From Octopus sinensis (taxonomy: Eukaryota), in assembly GCF_006345805.1 (NCBI RefSeq), contig NC_043007.1:17050001-17114000 (forward strand): a stretch of 64,000 nt of DNA, given 5' to 3'. Positions 1 to 12,620 of the stretch are shown piece after piece (the first letter of the stretch is position 1; each line of letters starts with the position of its first letter). The translations under genes and the position numbers were made by a program. The notes under the pieces are model-generated. The model ran no database searches, had not been told where the DNA came from, and saw only the letters and a list, made by a program, of their open reading frames with translations.

Positions 1-457
1 GTGTCATATGAGAATGATTTGGCTGGTATTTCTAGCTAGTCAAGTGATCGTACTGAAACTGTCATTGGCATTAGATCATTATATATTATAATTTGAACCA
101 ACATAGAATAAACTCTGATAAAAAATGTTGATTGCTGTCGTGTTATTGATGATAGCATTGATTTTTGTCTTTTAAAATCCACCTCAAAAATAGATTTTGT
201 TAGAGGAAGAAAGAAGTACAATTAATAAAATATTTCTTATATCCTCAATATTTTACTGGTATTTACATACTGGGTGCAAGCATGGCAGTGTGGTTAAGAA
301 GCTTCCTTCCCAACCATATGGTCTCAGGTTCAGTCCTACTGTTGGCATCTTGGGCATGTTTTCTACTATAGCACTCGGCTGACAAAAGCCTTGGAATTGG
401 ATTTGGTATATGAAAACTGAAAGAAGTCCATCACATGCATGTGTATATAATATATAT

Positions 458-815
458 CATCACGATCATCATTTAACATCTGTTGTCCATGCTGGCATGG
501 GTTGGATGGTCTGACCAGGGCTGGCAGTCTGATTTGGCATGGTTTCTACCGTTGGATGCCCTTCTTAACACCAACCACTCTGAGAGTAATGGGTGCTTTT
601 ACATGCTACTGGCATTTGTGTGACATTGGTATCTGTCATGACTACAATTTCGCTTGGCTTGATGGGTCTTCTTCTCAAGCATGGGATAATGCCAAAGGCC
701 TTGGTCATTTGTCATTGCCTCTGTGAGGCCCAAGGCTTGAACGGTGCTTTTTACTTGCCACATTGTCTCCATGAAGTGCAACGCTTTGAAGGTGCCTTTT
801 ACGGGTTACCAGCAT
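458..815 (-). mobile_element. RTE LINE 3' end fragment
   Basis: Minus frame LGLTEAMTNDQGLWHYPMLEKKTHQAK matches the ORF end of the 18.7-19.9 kb copy, followed by the shared 3' UTR and (GAT)n tail. Confidence 0.75.
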
Positions 816-839
816 GTGGACCACTTATGTGACACCAAT

Positions 840-870
840 ATGTGTGTGTGTGTGTATATTTGCACATATA

Positions 871-909
<39 letters not shown>

Positions 910-974
910 GCATGCATGTGTGTGTGTATATATATATATGTGCGTGTGTGTGTATATATATGTGTGTATGTATG

Positions 975-1005
<31 letters not shown>

Positions 1006-1008
1006 ATG

Positions 1009-1042
<34 letters not shown>

Positions 1043-1045
1043 GTG
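840..1045. repeat. Compound (TG)n/(TA)n microsatellite (one of many in the window)
   Basis: Direct reading; it explains the YIYI/CVCV pseudo-ORFs. Confidence 0.95.
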
Positions 1046-1525
1046 TTTGTGTGTACTGTTGTCTTTGCATTATGTGATGATTGCAAATGAGTGTCCTCAT
1101 CATATGAATGCCATTGTTCCAGGGTGTATAAAATCTGCCTCATTTAATTCCATCTAACCCATGCAAGCATGGAAAAGTGGACATTAAAATGGATGATGAT
1201 ACATATTGGGAAGAAAGCCAAAGTTTGCTACAGAAACATCTGAAGCCCACAATATCAAGAGCATGAAGCCCACCATTTAGGTGCCACACAGCACCAAAAC
1301 AAAAGTTTCAACTATTGATATAAAATAGTAACAATTATAGTTGTTTGAACATAGTTTTAATTGATACTGTATAATTTTCATACTTTCATAGATGCAGGCA
1401 TGGCTGGGTGGGAAGAAGTTTGCTTCTAAACCACATGGTTCTGGGTTCAGTCCCACTGCATGAATGGATTTGGTAGATAGAAGCCGAAAGAAGCACACTG
1501 TGTGTGTAGGTGTATGTATATATAT

Positions 1526-1557
<32 letters not shown>

Positions 1558-2021
1558 ATGTGTGTATCTTTATATCTGTCTTTGTCCTCCACAACTGCTT
1601 GACAACTGGTGTTGGTTTGTTTACATCCCTGTAGCTTAAAAAAAAATCTACTGAGGTCAGTTTATTCAACTAAAAAGTCTTCATGGTGGTGCCTCAGCAT
1701 AGCCACATTCTAATGGCTGAAACAAGAGATAGAAGATATAGGTTAGGTTTTATAAATTTACATACAAATTATTATCATCATCATCATCATCATTGTTTAA
1801 CATCCGCTTTCCATGCTAACATGGGTTAAGCGATTTTGACTAAGGGCTGGCAAACCAGATGGCTGCACCAGGCTCCAATCTTGATTTGGCAGAGTTTCTA
1901 CAGCTGGATGCCTTTCCTAACGCCAACCACTCTGAGAGTGTAGTGGGTGCTTTTTAACGTGCCACCGGCACGGTGTGCCACCAAGGAGTATTTTTATAGT
2001 TGGATGGACCCCTACTCTTAA

Positions 2022-2230
2022 CCCTTTAGTATTTAAACCGGCCATAATAGCTAATCTGTTTTATGTTCAAACTGACCAGATCCAGGCTCTCACACCTACC
2101 CTACAATGTTATTCTACATTAAGTAATTACACCATCAAGATCTTGAAGATATGAGATAATGCATGATTAATTCAAATCAATGGGAATCAATTAGCATTAT
2201 GTTTGATAGAATAATCTGAACACTAAAGGG
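2022..2230. mobile_element. piggyBac-like MITE family 1 (also about 31077-31304, 40665-40880, partial 25440-25630)
   Basis: TTAA|CCCTTTAG...CTAAAGGG|TTAA ends, about 210-230 bp. Confidence 0.8.
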
Positions 2231-3949
2231 TTAATAATGCATAGCTTTCTGAGAATGACACCATCAGTCATCTTTTAAGTTGAAGGTTATTTCTTTTTCT
2301 TTATTGGTTTTAATCTATTATATCATTTTCCCTGTTATATTATCTGATATTTATTTCATCAACCCAAATAGGAAACGGAGGGCAAGTGGTCATCCGCGAC
2401 AAGCTGAGCCATTTCCAACCAGGGAATCCACAGCGTTGCAAACAGAAGCTTTCCATACTTGGTAATCAAAGCTGTCCAATTCAGAGGTCGTAAATTAGTC
2501 ACTTTTCCAACAGCAGACATATTTAGGCTTCATTAAGTGGCTGATTGGACAACCGTGTAGTTGTCACAAATTATTTGCAAGGTTGTTTATGTTGAAATCA
2601 TTGTCAGTGAAATCTTATCCCTGCAATTTTATTCAACAAATCCTCCAGATCCAGACCATGTAATCTGATCGGTCAGTGACATTATTGAAGAGAAATTAGA
2701 GCCAAAACTTGGTTCAATGGACTGCAACAATTCATAGAGACATTACTGAGATTAAATTTACTACCTCCACCTTTTTTCATTGTTCTCTTGACACATTCTG
2801 GATAAAATGTAAGGTGCAGACATGGCTGTGTGGTTGAGAAGCTTGCTTTGCAACCAAGTGGTTTTGGGTTCAGTTCTTTCTACTGCATGCACCTTGTGCA
2901 AGTGTCTTCTGCTATAGCCCTGGGCTGACCAATACCTTGTGAGGGAATTTGGTAGACAGAAACTGTATATGTGTGTGTCTTTGTGCTTGACCCCTCCTAC
3001 TGTTTGACAACCAATGTTGGTTCGTATACATTCTTGTAACTTAGCAGTTCAGCAAAAGAGGAAGATAGAACAAGTACCAGACTTTAAAAAAAGCAAAAAA
3101 CGCTAGGGTCAATTTCTTTTGACTAGGCCCTTCAAGGTGGTGCCCCAGCATGGCTATAAACCAGTGACTGAAACAAGTAAAAGATAACGAATAAAAATTC
3201 TAATTATTGTTCCCTTTTACATATAAACCCTTTCATTACCGTATTTATTTTGAGATGCTCGGTATTTCTTTCAATTATTTTAACTAAGAATTTAGTAAAA
3301 TAAATTAGTTATCATTAAGCTAGTGTTAAGAACATAAACTGTGGCTGAGGTTTGGTGGAAAATTTTAATTGAAAACTTATGAAAACAAGACATTTGTACC
3401 ACAGAGCCAGTTTCAGCCGGGTTGGTAACAAAAAGGGTTAATGATTTTCTGGCCATTGTAGTAATTAAACTAAACATTTTCCATCCATGAATATTTGTAT
3501 TATTATTATTATTATTATTATGTTTAAGTCAGTGAGCTGATAGAATCATTAGCATGCTAGAAGAATCATAAACATGCCAGACACAAGTACTCAAATTCTG
3601 CCAAGGTCAACTTTGTCTTTTAACCTTTAGGGACTTGATAAAATAAATACCAGTAATCAACTCACCCCCTCCCATTTTCAGGCTTTGCATCTGTAATAGA
3701 AAGTATTATCGTTATATTACTTGTTATGACATGCATGGAACAAAACTGAAAATAATCAAAATTTGTGAGACATGTATCCTTGTTTATCATAGGGTTTTGG
3801 TTTCAAAGCAACACAGTGATAAATGAATCGTATCCATGCACTTTGTGAATTGAATGAATGGTAGATTCGATGACACTAAACTTGTAGCCCACAACAGCAG
3901 AGCTTCCACCATCACATATTTTCTCAATCTACTCTACCGTTTCCTGTGT

Positions 3950-4252
3950 GGAGTCACATGGCCTAGTGGTTAGAGCAGCGGACTCGCGGTCGAGGGATTG
4001 CGAGTTCGAATCCCAGACCTAGCGATGTGTGTGTTCATGAGTGAAACACCTAAGCTCCGCGCAGCTCTGGCAGAAGGTAATGGCGAAACTTCTGCTGACT
4101 CTTTCGCCACAATTTTCTCTCACTCTTTCCTCCTGCATCTTGTAGCTCATCTGTGATGGACCGGCGTCCCGTCCAGGTAGGGAACCTATATGCCAAGGAA
4201 ACCGGGAGACTGGCCCTGATGAGCCAGGCATGGCTCGAGAAGGAACAACAAC
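3950..4252 (+). mobile_element. tRNA(Arg-like)-headed SINE family C with a V/Meta-domain-like 3' part
   Basis: Head TGGCCTAGTGGTTAG...GACTCGCGG...GAGTTCGAATCCC; 3' part GATGGACCGGCGTCCCGTCCAGG...GAAACCGGG...CCTGATGAGCC..GGCTCG; (AAC)n tail. The domain name is from recalled similarity, not an alignment. Confidence 0.7.
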
Positions 4253-5375
4253 CATTTCCTGTGGAGAATATGCTCGTTTGTGTCATTTGGATTAGGTACC
4301 TTTGTATTTTACTATTTATTGGTCCTGTATTGATGGACATGAGTATCTAAACCTACAAAAAGAAATGTGCAGCTTCACAGTATGGTCATTTAAACACAAA
4401 CAGTGGTCAGTGCATTCTAGGTAGTTGAGCATTGTGTGTGGTCACAGGGGTGCGTTTTTACAGTACAAGCAGAATCTACAACAGATTGCTGATCCATGTT
4501 ATCACAGATCAATCCGTCATAAGTGTAACATGCATCACAATTGAATGTACCATGTTATCTCAAATCAGTGAAGATTGAGGCTACATCATCATCATCATCA
4601 TTTAGCATCTGCTTTCCATGCTAGCATGGGTTGGACAGTTCAACTGGGGTCTGGGAAGCCAGAAGGCTACACCAGGCCCAGTCTGATCTGGCAATGTTTC
4701 TACGGCTGGATGCCCTTCCTAACACCAACCACTCCGTGAGTGTAGTGGGTGCTTTTTACGTGCCACCGGCACAGGTGCCAGACGGGGCTGGCAAACGGCC
4801 ACAGTTGGATGGTGCTTTTTACGTGCTACCAGCACGGGGCCCAGGTGAAGCTGGCAACGGCCACGATCGGATGGTGCTTTTTACGTGCCAGCACTAGACA
4901 AGCTTATCTGTGGTGTGAAATCAGAGGCATTAACAAAATCTTTTAGCATAACGAAGCAGGGTTATGAAGTTCTTTATATTTGTACATCAAAACAGAAATA
5001 TGAACATTTGTAAGCAGTGGAATGTCCAAGGGTCCTTCCTGCTAGATTTAATATTTTCCTCCACTACGAATTTCATTCATTTCTATGAAGCTAGTAAAAC
5101 CTTTGAACATATCTCTTTGCTTTACAAATGGCTAATGTTGTCAACTTAATTACTAACGAACACTTTATGTAATGTTGTTTATGTTTTGACCTAAATTTAG
5201 CTGTAATTTCACCTACTTGGAGTGATGATGTGTGTAATGTGTACGAGTGTGTGTGTGTGTGTGCTCAATGAGCAGAAATCTATATAATTTGAGTTTGAAT
5301 TAATTTCACTATTTCATATATCTTATTAACTGCACCACTCTTTTCTCATCCTATCACATGTACAGACACACACAT

Positions 5376-5390
5376 ATGCACTCACATTTA

Positions 5391-5432
<42 letters not shown>

Positions 5433-5480
5433 CTCACATTTATTCATATATATATATATATATATGCACCCACATTTATT

Positions 5481-5542
<62 letters not shown>

Positions 5543-5704
5543 GCACTCACATTTTATTATATATATATATATGCACTCACATTTATTTATATATATATAT
5601 GCACTCACATTTATTTATATATATATATATGCACTCACATTTATTCATATATATATATGTGTGTGTATATTATATATATGCACTCACATTTATTCATGTA
5701 TATA

Positions 5705-5745
<41 letters not shown>
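5376..5745. repeat. Compound minisatellite: (TA)n interrupted by GCACTCACATTTATT units
   Basis: About eight GCACTCACATTT(T)ATT-like units separated by variable TA runs. Confidence 0.85.
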
Positions 5746-5750
<5 letters not shown>

Positions 5751-6909
5751 TGCGCACACATACATCCATTTATGTATACCTATATACATAGGCATTTGTG
5801 CACACACATTTTCATGCATGCTCATATATTCAAGCATACAAATTGGTGTGTGTATGTGTGTGTGTGTGGTGTATATAAACGTGTTCTTATACATACACAT
5901 TTGCTGTGATTCTTGATCAATTTAAAATATGCTTTCAAACGAATGAAATAAATGGGAGGGGATGCAAATGTGTGTGTGTGTGTGGTGTGTATGTGTATAT
6001 ATATATATATCTATAATATATATATATATATTATAAAGGATTTTTCAATTTGACTAAAAGTATTAAGAAAACAGTTGGTAAATATTAAGAATATCACATA
6101 AAAGCTTATTTTCTTTTCAAGTGACTATTACTTCCTTATATAAGTGGTAATAATCCATTGGATAAATATATTTCCATTTCATTTGGTTTACATACATTAC
6201 AGAAAATAATACCTAGATGCATTTGTTCACCCTCCATCTCACGCTTGCTTTCTTTTTTCTTTTCTCACATCATGCACATGCACACACACACACACACACA
6301 CACACAAACTGTCTCTTTCTCTTTCTCAAATTCATAAACTTAGATATATACATGATCATATTAAGTATACATCTGTGTAGGTCTATGTATATGTGTGGAT
6401 GTCTATATATTTTATTTATATATATATTTATGGTATCCTTGCTTACATATTTTCAGTGAGCTAATCACAGGTTTACTGAATTTCTGATGACAAGTGTGAT
6501 AGGAAGTGTATATGGCTAAGAACTGAACGGATTTCACAAAAGGATTTTCTTTGGAACATTGGCTTTCCAGTCTTCTTGCTGATGCCTGCATCTTTTACAC
6601 ACACTTTTACTCACTTCCTTCTGCAGAATTTCCATCTACCACATTCTACTGCTTGCAAAGTATTGGTCTTCCTGAGGCTGTAGTAGAGAATACTTGATCA
6701 AGGTGTCAATGTGGGATTAAATCTGGAGCCACACAGCTGTGAAGTGAGCTCGTTAACCATGCACTCTCGGAGTGGTTGGCGTTAGGAAGGGCATCCCGCT
6801 GTAGAAACTATGCCAGATCAAGATTGGAACCTGGTGCAGCCATCTGGTTCACCAGCCCTCAGTCAAAATCGTCCAACCCATGGAAAGCGGACGTTGAACG
6901 ATGAGGATG

Positions 6910-6956
<47 letters not shown>

Positions 6957-7819
6957 CTCTGTAAGGTGGTTGATGTCAGGAAAGGCCTCCAGCTGTAAAA
7001 AGCCTGCCAAAACAGACAGTAAAGCTTGGCATAGTCTTTTGCCTAATCAGCCCCTGTCAAGCCATCCAACTCATTCCCGCATGGAAAACAAACATTAAAT
7101 AATGACAATATATTGCTTATTAATTTATATGCACGCATATGTAATTAAAACTACATAAATTATTATTCAGTTAAGAAGTTTGCTTTCCTACCATATTTTT
7201 GGGAAGGTACCTTGGACAAGTGCTTTCTACTTTAGTTCCTGTCCAGCCAAAGCCTTGTGAGTGGGTTTGGTAAATAGAAACTGAAAGAAGCCTTTTGTAT
7301 GTATGTGTGTGCACATTAGTATGTACCTTTGTCTAGATATCATGTGATAGTTGTAAGTAAACATTATTGCTATACAAGTGAGCTTGTTTGTTTCCTGTCT
7401 TTTGTGCAAAAAATGTCTAACAATGGGAAAATATTAACTTGCTTGAAAACAGATGGGAGTTGTCAACAGTAAGGGCATTCATCCATAGAAAACCTGCCTT
7501 GACAAAATTCAGTCTGACTCCTGCAAATATGGAAAAGTGGGCATTAAATGATGATGATGAATGATCCCTTCAATATTACACTTGAGTATATACTTCAAAT
7601 ACATTTGATAGATATTGTAATATAGCAGGGAATTTCCATGATTGCTCCATGATGTAGTTTCACTTGTTACTTAAGGACATTATTGCATCTACAGGTGATT
7701 CTTTTGGGGACAGCATGCTCATTGCAGTATCTGTATACATCATAAATCTGAGGAAATGAACACTAAGCAACAAAATAATCCATTTAGAAAACAAGACATT
7801 CTTTCCAGATTTTTCATCT

Positions 7820-8232
7820 TCAGTGTGATCGTTTGTCAGAGCGGCTAACCGGCTTCCGTGCCAGTGGCACATAAAAGAGTACCATTCGAGTGTGATCGTT
7901 ACCAGCATCGCCTTACTGGCACTTGTGCCCGAGATAGTAGGGTGCCAAGAGCACCATCTGAGTGTGATCGTTGCCAGAGCATCCAACTGGCTTCTGTGCC
8001 GGTGGCACGTAAAAGGGCATCATTCGAGCATGATCGTTACCAACGTCGCCTGACTGGCCCCCGTACTGTGGAACGTGAAAAGCACCCACTACACTCTTGG
8101 AGTGGTTGGCATTAGGAAGGGCATCCAGCTGTAGAAACTCTGCCAGATCAAGATTGGAGCCTGCTGCAGCCATCTGGTTCGCCAGCCCTCAGTCAAAATC
8201 GCCCAACCCATGCTAGCATAGAAAGCAGACGT
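7820..8232 (+). mobile_element. RTE-type 3' tail element (related copies about 1775-1980 -, 4585-4895 -, 6762-6912 +, 11255-11400 +, 16790-17075 +, 35255-35510 +, 43985-44115 -, 61235-61610 -)
   Basis: Shared GAGTGGTTGGCGTTAGGAAGGGCATCCAGCTGTAGAAAC...CCAACCCATGCTAGCATGGAAAGCGGACGTTAAACGATGATGAT. Confidence 0.85.
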
Positions 8233-9621
8233 TAAACGATGATGATGATGAACATATATAACTTGAGGAATGAGAATGGTGAAATCTATAGTTCAATTGC
8301 AATTTGATATCGGTCCTCACCTAAGCACATGTATGCAATACAGTTGTTGTTTAGCCTTTGAATAGTTCAGATTGAGCAGATCTTAGTCAAAGCTGTTTAG
8401 GCTATTATCATAATCATCATATCTTTTTCGGCTGTCTATCTAGAACCATATTTAATGTGTCCTGTCTCTATTTAAATAATAGGGTGATTTGATACCTATT
8501 TGGCTGCTGTTTATAGCATATTGAGTGAGCACATAGATGTTCCTTTGTTGATTTAATAGTTATTTAGTTCCAGGTCAATCCTTGAATCTGCAAACCTATA
8601 TTCAAAGTTCTTTGTTGACTATCTCATCTTTTATTCACATATTGCACATTAGAACTATATTAACCAAAGAATTCATTTTTTTTTTTAAAGGTGGTAGTAG
8701 TGTGTTATAAGGATGATTTGGGTATTCTTGCAAGACAAGTGATTGCGTGTCAGCTCCCTGGTTGGTCCATAATAAAAATAGTGACAAATAATGGTGATTC
8801 GCTGGTGATTTGTATCAGACCAAACGAGATTGGAAATACAAATAAAAGATGAATATGTTTGTGTTCCATGAGATGAAGTAGAAAACACTGGTTATTGTTG
8901 CTTTTGGTGAAGTATTTCTTCCATCTCCAACATAAACTCTTTTGTTATATAAGCATATGTATAATACATGTGGAAATACACTGAGATTGTAGTGAATCTT
9001 CTCTTTTTCTGTCTTCTCTCTTTCTTTCTCTCCCTCTCTCCCCCTTTCCCTCTCTTCCTCCACCCCCACCACTGAAGCTATAAAATGTTATTCCATCGAT
9101 AAATTAAGCATTAACGTGATATTAGGATTGATTCAATCAATTATATCTCCTCCCCTTTATGAAGAATTGACCTTGTGCTCAGTAAGAGATTATTGTTACT
9201 ATTATCATTATTATCATCATCATTATCATTATTGTAAAAAGAACTATTTTATAACGGTGAGTCAGAAGATCCCATGCTGTCTGGAGTTTGTTAGTCCTTC
9301 AGGACTGGGAGGTTTAGTCTAGACTCTAGACAATATCTTTTATCAACTTGTTTCACTTTCACATTGTCTTCAGCATAAATACATATATGCACACACGTAT
9401 ACACACACACACACACGTTTTCACTTACATGAATATATACATATATTCACATGTGAATGTGTGTGTATGTATTTATATATATATATCTAGGCAAATAAGT
9501 ATATGTATTCATGAACACATACATAATGCACTCACACGTGTGTGTGTGTGTGTATAGATAGAACATAATATGAAATTAAATAAATGGCAAAGGAACCGGA
9601 AATTAAGCAATGAACTTCATT

Positions 9622-9702
9622 AGCTTACAACTGTTTCTGCTGTATGATGCAGTGCACTTAGAGCTGAGTGGTTGTGCATCACCTTATAGCTTCTTCAGAG
9701 CT
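9622..9702 (-). ncRNA. Type I hammerhead-like ribozyme (PLE pLTR remnant)
   Basis: Minus strand: AGCT-CTGAAGA-AGCTATA...TACAGCA-GAA-ACAGTTGT-A-AGCT. 4-bp stem I, near-palindromic stem III (ACAGCTGT inferred), GUA triplet, A-A mismatch at the base of stem II. An inverted partial copy TATAGCAGAAACAGCT lies at about 9775-9790. Confidence 0.7.
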
Positions 9703-10049
9703 TCTAAAACGAAGTAAAGTTTATTTGGGATGGTATATACATATATGTAAATGCTTTCTGAGCAAACTGTGTCTTATAGCAGAAACAGCTTTACAGCTTT
9801 TATACTTTTTAATCATAAGCAGATTTGGGGCTAAACAATCTCAGTTAATGCAATCTTCGTGTTGTACATTGTCCTTCTTTAACATTTCAAAGGTTAGATT
9901 TTTCTACTTCCTTATTGTAGAAGAGCGGAAGAGTGTGGGCTCAAAAGTTTAGACTCTTCCATTTTCCTTGAGTGTCTAATACACTTTGTTTGTCGTTCCC
10001 TCACTTGTTTCTGTATTTTGTCTTTTGTACAATTTGAATTATATATATA

Positions 10050-10355
10050 TATATATATCACGTGATCACGTGACCAACCAGGCTATCAGACATTGCTGAT
10101 TACAATGTGCTTCGCATTGTTTTAGCCTTCAAATGACGCCACCCTGCTGGCTAAGCGAGCAGGCCAACAGAAGAAAGAGTGAGAGAAAGTTGTGGCGAAA
10201 TAATACAGCAGGGATCACCACCACCCCCTGCGGAGCCTCATGGAGCTTTAGGTGTTTTCGCTAAATAAACACTCACAACGCTCGGTCTGGGAATCGAAAC
10301 CACGATCCTATGACTACGAGTCCACTGCCCTAACCACTGGGCCATTACACCTCCA
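10050..10355 (-). mobile_element. SINE sharing the family C head and 5' body but with a different 3' module
   Basis: Shares CACCTAA(A)GCTCC and TTCGCCACAA(C/T)TTTCTCTCACTCTT with 3950-4252, then diverges to a tail ending GGTCACGTGATCACGTG. Confidence 0.7.
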
Positions 10356-12313
10356 CACACATATATTATTTATGACACAGTGAGCTTTGCACAGTTTGTC
10401 TGCTGAATTTCACTCACAAGGAATTGTTCAACTTAAGATTATTGTAGGAGACATTTGCCCAAGGTGTTGCATAATGTGATCAAAACTAGTACCATATAAC
10501 TAAGAAGTAGACTTTTTTTTAACTACATAGCTATATCTACCATTCTGAAAAAAGATAAATGTTGTCCTAAATATTTTCTGTCATATTCTCCATAAATTGT
10601 TCCACCCTGTTTGCTAAACAGTGTTAATATTTGTAAAATAGAAGTGATAATATTTTCCTTTCATCTATATCCACAAAATGTCATTAAATCATTGTCTTTG
10701 AAGTCATCTCCGAAAGACCAATGCGTCTGAGTTTTTATCGTTTTACACAAATAACTTATATAAAATGTTATCCCATTTCTTCTCCTTTCCTTTGATATTA
10801 AACTTACTGCTGAAATTTGGTTTCATTCTAACCACAAAGATCAAAAGCAAAATCTAGTCTTGTTCCTTCCTTGTTGGAACTAACTTAATCACTATATCTA
10901 CTGATTTATACTATTTTATATCTATACTTTCACAAAGTAAACTGTGAAGTGAGCTATCATGTCACATCATAGCAATAAAACCCGAATATATCTCTTTCTC
11001 CTCTTTTTTTTGTTTCTATGTCAATTTCCTTCCTGTCATTTTGTCCGTCTGTCTATTTGTCTCCAATGTGTATGTGTGTGTGTGCCTTTGGATATCTGTT
11101 ATTGCATTCATTGCAGAACACTGATGAGGTGAAGTGCAAGATTATATAATGTTTCTACAAATGTTATGCAATTATTATGGCATTTTGATGAAATATGTGT
11201 ACGTCTTATAAAGCACTGAATACCATACCTGTTTTCTATGTTTTATATACACCCACCACTCTTGGAGTGGTTGGTGTTAGGGAGGGCATTCTTCTGTAGA
11301 AACCATGGCAAATCAAATTAAGACTCACTGCAGCTCCCTAGTTCTCAGTCAAACCATCCAACCCATGCCAACCTGGAAAATGGATATTAAATGATGATAA
11401 TTTCATAGTCATCATTGAAATGTCTAATTTTCTTCCGTGCTTGTTTTGGTCAGTTGAAATTTGTTGAGGCAGATTTTCTGTAACCAGGTACCCTTCCTAT
11501 CATCAACCCTTACTTGTTTCCAAGCAAGGTTTTCCCTGGCCAGGTGTGTTTTCAAAGAGGACTGCAAGATGATGATGCTCATATACAACTATTTCGTGAT
11601 GATGTGATGTGCAACAGGTTTCTTTCAGTTTATGTCTACCAAATCCACTCACAAGGCTTAGCTTGGCCTGAGGCCATAATGAAAGATGCTTACCCAAAGT
11701 ATCATGAAGTAGGACTGAAACTGAAATCACATGGTTGGGAAATGTACTCCTTAACCACTCAGCCATTCCTGTATGTAAGTGTGTGTGTGTGTAAAAAGCC
11801 CATATCACCCAAACACAACACATTTCCCAGTGCAATGTTTCCAGTATATCTATATGTAATATGTAGAGTGCTCAATATCATAGAACTACAGTGACACAAT
11901 CTAATAAGCATGAAAGGATATAAATGTAAAATACACAAAGTATAGGTGCAGGTGTCGCTATGTGGCAAGAAATTTGCTTACCAACCACTTGGTTCCAGGT
12001 TCAGTCCCACTGCATGGCATCTTGGACTGAAAAAGCACTGAATGTGTATATGAATATATATTTATAGTTACAAATCTTACTGTCAATACACACATGCTTA
12101 TTTTTTATTTCTATTTATTTAATTTTAACAAAATTTTTACATTTTTTTGCAGTTGGATAGTTCTGAAAATATTAATGTTTGCAAGAACACAGCTTGATAT
12201 ATTTTCTACTGTTGCTCATTCAAACATGAATGTATAATTTTATTTGATTTCTTATGAGGTTGAAAGAGACAAGAAATTTCGGTGGCGGGGGGTTCTGAAT
12301 TGAAGAATTTTAG

Positions 12314-12620
12314 ATCAGTAACTATTCATCTGCTTACAATTGCACCTCCTTGGTGTGAAGAATTCAGCCCATCCCAAGTAACTTTATTTCTAGTAATCTG
12401 TAACTGTATTACTAATCATAGTAATATTAGTATATTCAGTACAGGGGCTGTGGCAGTCGAGAACATTGATGTTGCAATATTCTCCTACAATTTGACACTT
12501 CTTACTGACACTGACTTCTTCGTAGACAGTAAAGAAAAAGAAAGAAAAATTTTTCTTATCAAATTACGAATGACTGAAGCCTTACTGCACCCAGAGCTAG
12601 TGTTTGAGGAAACTTTTCAA
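12314..12620 (+). CDS. Candidate long exon within the 132-codon ORF 12282-12680
   Basis: Non-repetitive ORF, acceptor AATTTTAG, donor CAA|GTAATT. Its length is only slightly above what chance could give in 64 kb. Confidence 0.25.

Noticed and set aside
744-1143. Long YIYI/CVCV/HTHT ORFs (also about 5358-5916 and elsewhere)
   Set aside because: They are translations of TA/TG microsatellites, which contain no stop codons.
3950-4022. SINE heads as functional tRNA genes
   Set aside because: They continue directly into multi-copy SINE bodies and lack proper acceptor stems.
4200-4240. CTGATGA-GCC(AGGCAT)GGC hairpin as a hammerhead
   Set aside because: It is followed by TCGAGAA rather than GAAA, and no stem I or NUH can be built. 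It belongs to the SINE domain.
7745-7812. CTGAGGA...GAAAAC as a hammerhead
   Set aside because: The flanking complementarity consumes the core itself, and there is no proper NUH or stem III.
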